Shown here in pieces: positions 57,498 through 64,000 of a DNA stretch of 64,000 nucleotides. Origin of the DNA: a bacterium (lineage in GTDB: Bacteria > BMS3Abin14); NCBI GenBank assembly GCA_029210965.1, contig JARGFZ010000007.1:27052-91051 (forward strand), given 5' to 3'. A program made the translations under genes and the position numbers. Below the pieces are notes generated by a model. The model made no database searches, had not been told where the DNA came from, and saw only the letters and a program-made list of their open reading frames with translations. Position 1 is the stretch's first letter. Each line of letters begins with the position of its first letter.

Positions 57498-58127
57498 ATG
57501 TCTGTAGTGGCAAGGGAAGGGATACCTCACATATCGATCCCGTCCTTCCTGGCGGTGATACTTCTCCTCACGGGCTATCCCCTGGGAGGAGCCGCGGCCG
57601 GTATAGTCGCCATTTCGGTGGCCCTTTTCTTCAGGGACCCTGAAAGAGCCCATTCGGCGGGTCCGGGGGAGATCCTGTCTCCGGCCGATGGGCGCATCGT
57701 TGCTGTTGATCGGGTCCAGGAGGACCGCCACCTGGACGGCGGGGCCCTCCGGATAAGCGTTTTCATGAGCATCTTTAACGTTCATGTGAACCGGGTACCC
57801 ATGGATGCCAGTGTGGTCACTGTAAAACACATCTCGGGCGGATTCGCCATGGCACACCTGGACGATGCCGGACTTATCAATGAGCGGACCGAGATCCTCC
57901 TTGTGGACAGTTCAGGCAGAAAAAGTCTGATGGTCCAGGTGGCGGGGTTAGTGGCGAGGAGGATCATCTGCAGGTTGAGGCAAGGCGATGATGTGGTGAG
58001 GGGAAGCAGGTTCGGTCTCATCTGTTTTGGTTCAAGAGTTGACCTGTACCTTCCTGAGAAAGCTCAGCCCCTGGCCCGGATCGGCGATCGTGTCCGGGCT
58101 GGCCAGAGTGTGCTGGCTCAAATGTGA
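57498..58127 (+). CDS. psd: Phosphatidylserine decarboxylase proenzyme (short form)
   Basis: The 209-aa protein has a C-terminal 'FGS' self-cleavage-type motif 'GSRFGLICFGSRVDLYLP'. It is adjacent to pssA. Confidence 0.8.
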   Translation: MSVVAREGIPHISIPSFLAVILLLTGYPLGGAAAGIVAISVALFFRDPERAHSAGPGEILSPADGRIVAVDRVQEDRHLDGGALRISVFMSIFNVHVNRVPMDASVVTVKHISGGFAMAHLDDAGLINERTEILLVDSSGRKSLMVQVAGLVARRIICRLRQGDDVVRGSRFGLICFGSRVDLYLPEKAQPLARIGDRVRAGQSVLAQM

Positions 58128-58207
58128 TGGACTCGTAATAAGTCCATCATTCAGGATCTCGAAGAGACTTTTTACGAAGTTGTTAAACAAGATGAGGGGG
58201 ACTTTAA

Positions 58208-59002
58208 ATGGATGGTGACGGACCAAGCCGGCGAGCTGTATATCTTCTGCCCAATATGATCACGACCCTGGCTCTCTTCACCGGTTTCATTTCGGTGGTC
58301 GCTTCCATCGATGGGAATTACCAGCGGGCCGCAGTGGCCATCGTTGTGGCCGGTGTGTTCGACGCCCTGGACGGACGGATCGCCCGGCTGACCAGGACCT
58401 CTTCCCTTTTCGGGGTACAGTACGACAGCCTTTCCGACATTACCGCTTTCGGTGTGGCCCCGGCCCTCCTGGTGTTCACGGCGGTTCTGCACCCCCTGGG
58501 TCGCTTCGGGTGGCTGGGGGCGTTCCTGTTTTTGGCCTGCGGAGCGCTCCGGCTGGCGCGTTTCAACGTACAGGCCCAGCGGGTAGGGGAGAAGCACTTT
58601 ACCGGATTGCCGATCCCTGCCGCCGGCGGGATGGTTGCCGTATCGGTCCTGCTGGTCATGGAACTGGTGCCCAACGGCGGGTTCGAACCCCAGGCTGTGA
58701 AGGTGGTCTTTATCGCCGGTGTCTACGCACTGTCTTTCCTCATGGTGAGTATGGTGCCGTACCCGAGCTTTAAACAGATCGTCATCCCGCGCCGTAAAGC
58801 TTTCCAGGCCCTGGCCTTCGTGACCGTGCTCCTTGTGACCATGGCCAATTACCCCGTCTATTTTCTGTTCGGGTTCGGGTTTTTCTATATCGTCATCAGC
58901 CCGATCATAGGGGCCTGGATCCTGAAAAAACTTGGTGTTCTGGACACTGAAAAACTGGAAACCTTCACAATCGAGGATGAGGACATTCTCGAAGACAATT
59001 GA
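58208..59002 (+). CDS. pssA: CDP-diacylglycerol--serine O-phosphatidyltransferase
   Basis: The CDP-alcohol phosphatidyltransferase motif 'DALDGRIARLTRTSSLFGVQYDSLSDITAFGVAPA' is present, and the protein is multi-TM. Confidence 0.85.
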   Translation: MDGDGPSRRAVYLLPNMITTLALFTGFISVVASIDGNYQRAAVAIVVAGVFDALDGRIARLTRTSSLFGVQYDSLSDITAFGVAPALLVFTAVLHPLGRFGWLGAFLFLACGALRLARFNVQAQRVGEKHFTGLPIPAAGGMVAVSVLLVMELVPNGGFEPQAVKVVFIAGVYALSFLMVSMVPYPSFKQIVIPRRKAFQALAFVTVLLVTMANYPVYFLFGFGFFYIVISPIIGAWILKKLGVLDTEKLETFTIEDEDILEDN

Positions 59003-59194
59003 GAGGAGGTGGTGGCGCACCATGGGGCTAGGTGAAAGTGACCTTGGAATGAACAGTATCGGTACCGGTAACGGTCGTGGTGGCGCTGCCGTCAGTTAGA
59101 AAGAGGGGCGAACCCTCAACTTTAGACCTTCCCCCCGGCACCGTAATTCAAAAAAACAGTATACCCCGGGTACGGGGAACGGAAGGAGCAACAA

Positions 59195-60742
59195 ATGTCC
59201 GACAGGATAATCATTTTCGATACGACCTTAAGAGATGGCGAACAATCACCCGGAGCTTCCATGAACCTGGAGGAGAAGCTCCAGGTGGCCAGGCAGCTGG
59301 AACGCATGAACGTGGACGTCATAGAGGCGGGGTTCCCCATAGCCTCCGAGGGCGACTTCGAAGCTGTGCGCGCTGTGGCCAGGGCGATGAAGAAGACCGC
59401 CGTGGCAGGTCTGTGCCGGGCCAGCAAAAAGGACATCGACAGGGCCTGGGAGGCGCTCAAGGAGGCGAAAATACCGAGGATCCACACCTTCCTGGCCACT
59501 TCGGACATCCACGTCAAACTCAAGCTCCAGAAGACCCACGACCAGGTGAAACAGATCGCTGTGGATGCCGTTCGTCACGCGGCAGGATATACCGATAACG
59601 TTGAGTTTTCGGCTGAAGACGCGGCGCGAAGCGATGTGTCCTACCTGTGTGAGGTCATTGAGGCTGTTATCGAGGCCGGGGCAAAGACCGTCAACATTCC
59701 GGACACCGTGGGATACGCTATACCCGACGAGTTCGGAAACCTTATCGCCACCATCCGCGACCGGGTTCTCAATGTGGATCAGGCTATCCTTTCCGTTCAC
59801 TGCCACAACGACCTGGGGCTTGCTGTTGCCAACTCCCTGGCAGCCGTCCAGGCAGGAGCCCGACAGGTGGAATGTACTATCAACGGGATCGGAGAACGGG
59901 CCGGTAACGCTTCCCTGGAGGAGACGGTCATGTCTCTCAGGACCCGTCAGGATTATCTGAATGCACACACGGATATTTGCACCGAGGAGATCTACAGGGC
60001 GAGCAGGCTGGTTTCCGGTATTACCGGGATCCTGGTCCAGCAGAACAAGGCCATCGTTGGAGCCAACGCCTTTGCACACGAAGCAGGCATTCACCAGGAC
60101 GGCATGCTCAAGGACAGGACCACCTACGAGATCATGACCCCGGAGTCGGTGGGGATCAAGGAAAGTTCCCTGGTCCTGGGAAAACATTCCGGCCGTCACG
60201 CCTTCAGGAACCGCCTGGATGAGTTGGGCATCGAACTTACTGACGAACAGCTCCAGACAGCCTTCATTGCCTTTAAAAGCCTGGCCGACAAGAAGAAGAC
60301 GATTTACGACGAAGATATCGAGGCCCTCATCGCAGAGGAGATCCTGCGTCTCCCGGACAAGTTCAAACTGATCAGCGCCAACTTTACAAGTGGGACCGGA
60401 GTTGTACCCTCCGCCACCGTTGAGGTGGAGATCGACGGCAAGGTAAAGACAAATGCGGAGTTCGGTGACGGTCCTGTGGATGCCGTTTTCAAGGCCATCA
60501 AGAAGACCTGCAAGAGCAGGGCGAAGCTTTTGAGGTTCACCGTATCAGCCATCACCGGGGGAGCAGACGCCATGGGTGGTGTAACCGTACGTATCAAGGA
60601 GAACGGGTACACCATCATCGGGCAGGGTGCCCATTCGGACATCATCGTGGCCTCTGCGAGGGCCCTGATCAACGCCCTGAACAAACTGGAGTACAGGAAG
60701 AAGACCCAGAAGACAGCGGAGATGGAGAGGCCGAGCTTATAA
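59195..60742 (+). CDS. leuA: 2-isopropylmalate synthase
   Basis: '[18 protein letters not shown]' is present, along with the HxH metal site '[18 protein letters not shown]' and a C-terminal LeuA dimerisation domain. Confidence 0.9.
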   Translation: MSDRIIIFDTTLRDGEQSPGASMNLEEKLQVARQLERMNVDVIEAGFPIASEGDFEAVRAVARAMKKTAVAGLCRASKKDIDRAWEALKEAKIPRIHTFLATSDIHVKLKLQKTHDQVKQIAVDAVRHAAGYTDNVEFSAEDAARSDVSYLCEVIEAVIEAGAKTVNIPDTVGYAIPDEFGNLIATIRDRVLNVDQAILSVHCHNDLGLAVANSLAAVQAGARQVECTINGIGERAGNASLEETVMSLRTRQDYLNAHTDICTEEIYRASRLVSGITGILVQQNKAIVGANAFAHEAGIHQDGMLKDRTTYEIMTPESVGIKESSLVLGKHSGRHAFRNRLDELGIELTDEQLQTAFIAFKSLADKKKTIYDEDIEALIAEEILRLPDKFKLISANFTSGTGVVPSATVEVEIDGKVKTNAEFGDGPVDAVFKAIKKTCKSRAKLLRFTVSAITGGADAMGGVTVRIKENGYTIIGQGAHSDIIVASARALINALNKLEYRKKTQKTAEMERPSL

Positions 60743-60744
60743 AC

Positions 60745-60840
60745 AAGTCCAACGCCCAAAGTCCAACGTCCAAAGTAAACATTAGGACTCAGGTGGTACC
60801 TGTTTAAACCCGTTGGACATTGGACACGGGACATTGGACC
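60745..60840. repeat. Intergenic inverted repeat built from (GTCCAAYG) octamers, between leuA and leuC
   Basis: The left arm 'AAGTCCAACGCCCAAAGTCCAACGTCCAAAGT' and the right arm 'CCGTTGGACATTGGACACGGGACATTGGACC' are reverse-complementary. Confidence 0.6.
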
Positions 60841-60853
60841 GGAGGCAGAGAAT

Positions 60854-62113
60854 ATGCCCATGACCATTACACAAAAGATCCTTGCGGCCCATTGCGGCCG
60901 GGATGAAGTGCACCCGGGGGAGATCATCATGGCGGATATCGACCTTGCTCTGGGTAACGATATTACCGCCCCCATTTCCATCAAGATCCTAAGGGAAAAG
61001 GGGATCAAGAAGGTGTTTGATCGTGACAGGGTCGCCCTGGTGCCTGACCACTTTGCTCCCAACAAGGACATTGCTTCAGCCCAGCAGTGCAAGGACCTCA
61101 GGGAGTTCGCCCGGGATTTCGATATAACGCACTACTTTGAACTGGGTGAAATGGGTGTGGAACATGCCCTCCTCCCCGAAAAGGGTCTGGCCCTTCCGGG
61201 CGAGCTCATCATTGGAGCGGACAGTCATACCTGCACCTATGGTGCCCTTGGCGCGTTTTCCATGGGTATGGGAAGTACCGATCTGGCTGGCGCCTTGATC
61301 AGTGGAAAGGCGTGGTTCAAGGTTCCCGGCGCGATCAAGTTCGTCATCGATGGGAAACTGAAGCCCTGGGTGGGTGGTAAGGACCTCATTCTCTACATCA
61401 TAGGAAAGATCGGGGTCGACGGCGCTCTTTATCAGTCCATGGAGTTTACGGGAGAAACGGTTCGCGCTCTTCATATGTCCGACCGCTTGACAATGTGCAA
61501 CATGGCCATAGAGGCCGGTGCCAAGAACGGCATCATCGAGCCTGACGAGATCACCGAAGAGTACGTCAGGGAACGGACATCCAGACAATGGAAGAACTAC
61601 AGCAGCGATGCCGATGCCGAGTACCTGGATGAGATCCGGATAAACGCTTCGGATGTGGATCTGCAGGTGGCTTTCCCTCACCTCCCTGAAAACTCCAGGC
61701 CGGTGGGTGAGGCCAGGAATGTGGCCATCGATCAGGTCGTCATCGGATCGTGCACCAACGGTCGCCTGGAGGACTTTCAGGCGGCAGCAAGGGTCCTCAA
61801 GGGAAGAAAAGTCGCCCCGGGTGTTCGGCTGATCATGATCCCGGCCACACCCCTTATCTATCGCCAGACCATGGAGGAAGGACTCTTCGACATCTTCCTG
61901 TCTGCGGGAGCAGTCATTAGCCCTCCCACATGCGGTCCGTGCCTGGGTGGACACATGGGAATCCTCGCAGAGGGAGAAGTCGCTGTGGCAACGACGAACA
62001 GGAACTTCGTGGGCCGCATGGGTCACCCCAAGAGCGAGGTGTATCTGGCCGGGGCGCCGGTGGCAGCGGCGTCGGCGGTCGCGGGGACCATAAGTTCCCC
62101 GGAAGATCTATAA
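60854..62113 (+). CDS. leuC: 3-isopropylmalate dehydratase large subunit (419-aa type)
   Basis: It begins '[13 protein letters not shown]', and the aconitase-family Cys ligands are in the 'GSCTNGR' and 'CGPCLG' contexts. Confidence 0.9.
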   Translation: MPMTITQKILAAHCGRDEVHPGEIIMADIDLALGNDITAPISIKILREKGIKKVFDRDRVALVPDHFAPNKDIASAQQCKDLREFARDFDITHYFELGEMGVEHALLPEKGLALPGELIIGADSHTCTYGALGAFSMGMGSTDLAGALISGKAWFKVPGAIKFVIDGKLKPWVGGKDLILYIIGKIGVDGALYQSMEFTGETVRALHMSDRLTMCNMAIEAGAKNGIIEPDEITEEYVRERTSRQWKNYSSDADAEYLDEIRINASDVDLQVAFPHLPENSRPVGEARNVAIDQVVIGSCTNGRLEDFQAAARVLKGRKVAPGVRLIMIPATPLIYRQTMEEGLFDIFLSAGAVISPPTCGPCLGGHMGILAEGEVAVATTNRNFVGRMGHPKSEVYLAGAPVAAASAVAGTISSPEDL

Positions 62114-62216
62114 AACAAGAATGGTGAAGGAAGAAGGAAGAAGAAAGACATAAAATAGGCACAGATAAAGTGCTTTTTCTTCCTCCTCCATCCTTCCCTA
62201 TTCCTCCTTCTTAAAT
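62114..62216. repeat. Purine-rich / pyrimidine-rich inverted repeat between leuC and leuD
   Basis: 'GGTGAAGGAAGAAGGAAGAAGAAAGACA' is followed by 'CTTTTTCTTCCTCCTCCATCCTTCCCTATTCCTCCTTCTT', forming a long imperfect hairpin. Confidence 0.55.
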
Positions 62217-62732
62217 ATGGGAGTTGATATGGATAAGATCTTAAAAGGCAACACCTGGCGTTACGGGGACGATGTGGACACAGACGCCATCATTCCCGCA
62301 CGCTATCTCAACACCTCCGACCCGGGGGAGCTCGCCTTGCATTGTATGGAGGACGCGGACCCTGATTTTCCCAATAAAGTTGCACCGGGGGACATTATTG
62401 TGGGCGGCAAGAACTTCGGATGCGGGTCGTCCCGAGAGCATGCTCCCATTGCCATTAAGGCAGCGGGTGTCTCATGTGTTATTGCTGGTTCCTTCGCAAG
62501 GATTTTCTACCGCAACGCCTTCAATATGGGGCTTCCCATTTTTGAATCAGCGGAGGCGGCGAAGGGGGTTCGGACCGGAGACAAGGTGGAGGTGGATCCT
62601 GCCACCGGGATCATTAAAAATCTCAGCACTAAAAAACAATACAATGCCGAACCGTTCCCGCCTTTCATGATGGATCTCATCAAGGCCGGCGGGCTGATAC
62701 CTTTTCTTCTCAAGGAGCAATCACATGGCTGA
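62217..62732 (+). CDS. leuD: 3-isopropylmalate dehydratase small subunit
   Basis: '[15 protein letters not shown]' is present. An alternative start at ATG 62229 has GGGAG 5 nt upstream. Confidence 0.9.
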   Translation: MGVDMDKILKGNTWRYGDDVDTDAIIPARYLNTSDPGELALHCMEDADPDFPNKVAPGDIIVGGKNFGCGSSREHAPIAIKAAGVSCVIAGSFARIFYRNAFNMGLPIFESAEAAKGVRTGDKVEVDPATGIIKNLSTKKQYNAEPFPPFMMDLIKAGGLIPFLLKEQSHG

Positions 62733-63822
62733 ATCAAAACAGGAGTTCGACATACTTGTCCTCCCCGGCGACGGCATAGGGGTAGAAGTCACCGCGGAGG
62801 CTGTCAAAGTCCTCAAAGCCACAGGGCAGCTCCACGGATTTACATTCAAGCTGAAGACAGCCCTGGTGGGTGGAGCGGCTATTGATGCCGAGGGAGCGCC
62901 TGTAAGCAAAGAGACCATAAAGTTGGCCGCTGATGCAGATGCCGTTCTCCTGGGGGCCGTTGGCGGTACCAAATGGGATGATCTTCCCACCGACAAAAGG
63001 CCGGAAAAAGGACTTCTCGGAATGCGCAAGGATCTGGACCTTTTTGCCAACCTGCGTCCTGTCCAGGTTTTTGGTCCCCTGGCATCAGCATCGACTCTCA
63101 AACCGGAGGTAGTAAAAGGTATCGATCTCCTGGTGGTCAGGGAACTGGTATCGGACCTCTATTTCGGTGAACCCAGAGGCATCAGGGATACGCCCAACGG
63201 CCGGGAAGGGTTCAACACCATGCGTTATCTGGACTGGGAGGTCGAGCGCATAGCTCGGAAGGCCTTTGAAATAGCCATGGGACGCCCCCGCAGGAAGTTG
63301 ACCTCGGTAGACAAGGCCAACGTCCTGGAGACGAGCGCGCTCTGGCGGGAGGTCGTCATCGAAGTGGCCCGTGATTTCCCGGATGTGGAACTGGACCACA
63401 TGTTTGTGGACAACTGCAGCATGCAGCTCATCAGGAACCCGGCACAGTTCGACGTTATCGTCACCGGGAACATTTTTGGGGATATTATCTCCGATGAGGC
63501 CTCCATGCTCACCGGGTCCATAGGGATGCTGCCCTCGGCCAGCCTTGGAGAGGGAGTGGCTCTATATGAACCTGTCCACGGCAGCGCTCCTGACATAGCC
63601 GGGCAGGGAAAAGCCAACCCCCTCGCCATGATCCTGTCTGCGGCCATGATGCTGGAGATAAGCTGCCAGGCACCCGAAGCGGCCGGGTCGATACGGGTAG
63701 CGGTGAACCGTGTTCTGGAAGAAGGCTACAGGACCGGAGATATCGCCCAGGAGGGATCAAATGTGGTTTCCTGCAGCGAGATGGGCGATCTGGTGACTGA
63801 GCGCCTGAGCGGACAGGTTTAA
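62725..63822 (+). CDS. leuB: 3-isopropylmalate dehydrogenase
   Basis: The N-terminal '[15 protein letters not shown]' and '[27 protein letters not shown]' are present, and the size is 365 aa. Confidence 0.9.
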   Translation: MAESKQEFDILVLPGDGIGVEVTAEAVKVLKATGQLHGFTFKLKTALVGGAAIDAEGAPVSKETIKLAADADAVLLGAVGGTKWDDLPTDKRPEKGLLGMRKDLDLFANLRPVQVFGPLASASTLKPEVVKGIDLLVVRELVSDLYFGEPRGIRDTPNGREGFNTMRYLDWEVERIARKAFEIAMGRPRRKLTSVDKANVLETSALWREVVIEVARDFPDVELDHMFVDNCSMQLIRNPAQFDVIVTGNIFGDIISDEASMLTGSIGMLPSASLGEGVALYEPVHGSAPDIAGQGKANPLAMILSAAMMLEISCQAPEAAGSIRVAVNRVLEEGYRTGDIAQEGSNVVSCSEMGDLVTERLSGQV

Positions 63823-64000
63823 TGAGATCCATTAAGGTCGGTATAATTGGGTTGGGAAACATCGGATGCGGGACGATGCAGATCCTTACCGAGAACAGGG
63901 AGATCCTGAGCGAGCGCGTTGGTGCCACCATCGATGTGGTCTATGCAGCCGACCTGGATTTGAACCGACCGCGGCCGGTTGATGTCCCTCAGTCCATCCT
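63822..64000 (+). CDS. hom: Homoserine dehydrogenase, 5' partial
   Basis: The ATG overlaps the leuB stop (TAATG). 'IKVGIIGLGNIGCGTMQIL' is a Rossmann N-terminus typical of Hom. Confidence 0.65.
   Translation, partial: MRSIKVGIIGLGNIGCGTMQILTENREILSERVGATIDVVYAADLDLNRPRPVDVPQSI

Noticed and set aside
56655-57857. 400-aa minus-strand ORF antisense to ilvC and psd
   Set aside because: It is a shadow ORF opposite two strongly supported genes and has no domain signature.
59246-60199. 317-aa minus-strand ORF antisense to leuA
   Set aside because: It is a shadow ORF, and leuA on the + strand is unambiguous.

Overview
This window reads as a large type IV pilus (T4P) super-locus from a high-GC, probably deltaproteobacterial or myxococcal-like genome, followed by housekeeping biosynthesis operons. 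There are no rRNA or tRNA genes and no CRISPR array.

Gene order on the + strand:
- A PilT-like C-terminal fragment, then pilC, pilS, pilR and pilA. pilA is preceded by a textbook sigma-54 promoter (TGGCAC-N5-ATGCA) and flanked by rho-independent terminators.
- About 16 kb of glycosylation genes lies between pilA and pilD: two O-antigen-ligase (Wzy_C)-like proteins with TPR tails, a GT2 on the minus strand, AsnB, a GT1, a WecA-like transferase, two tandem paralogous polytopic membrane proteins, a UDP-galactopyranose-mutase-like FAD enzyme and another GT1.
- pilD, then a second sigma-54 two-component system.
- A minor-pilin operon: a FimT/GspH-like pilin, PilV, a roughly 1,885-aa PilW-type prepilin with an enormous Ig-domain-rich extension, and a long PilX-like protein.
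- A small XRE-family HTH gene leading pilM, pilN, pilO, pilP and pilQ. PilQ is 942 aa with three AMIN domains.
- aroC and aroB, a TPR/acidic protein plus a Roadblock/LC7 protein, efp, accB and accC.
- A large TPR/acidic protein plus an ExeA/MshM-like ATPase, a DUF465 gene, ilvD, ilvB, ilvN, ilvC, psd, pssA, leuA, leuC, leuD, leuB and the start of hom.

The candidates I consider most novel are the giant PilW-fusion prepilin and the pilin-associated glycosylation island. The island contains a 5.8-kb segment bracketed by two direct copies of a roughly 165-bp multi-hairpin repeat element. Many intergenic regions also carry hairpins built from short tandem oligomer repeats such as GTGAACR, GAATGTAGAACGCA, GTGATTC, GTCCAAYG and GAAGGAA.
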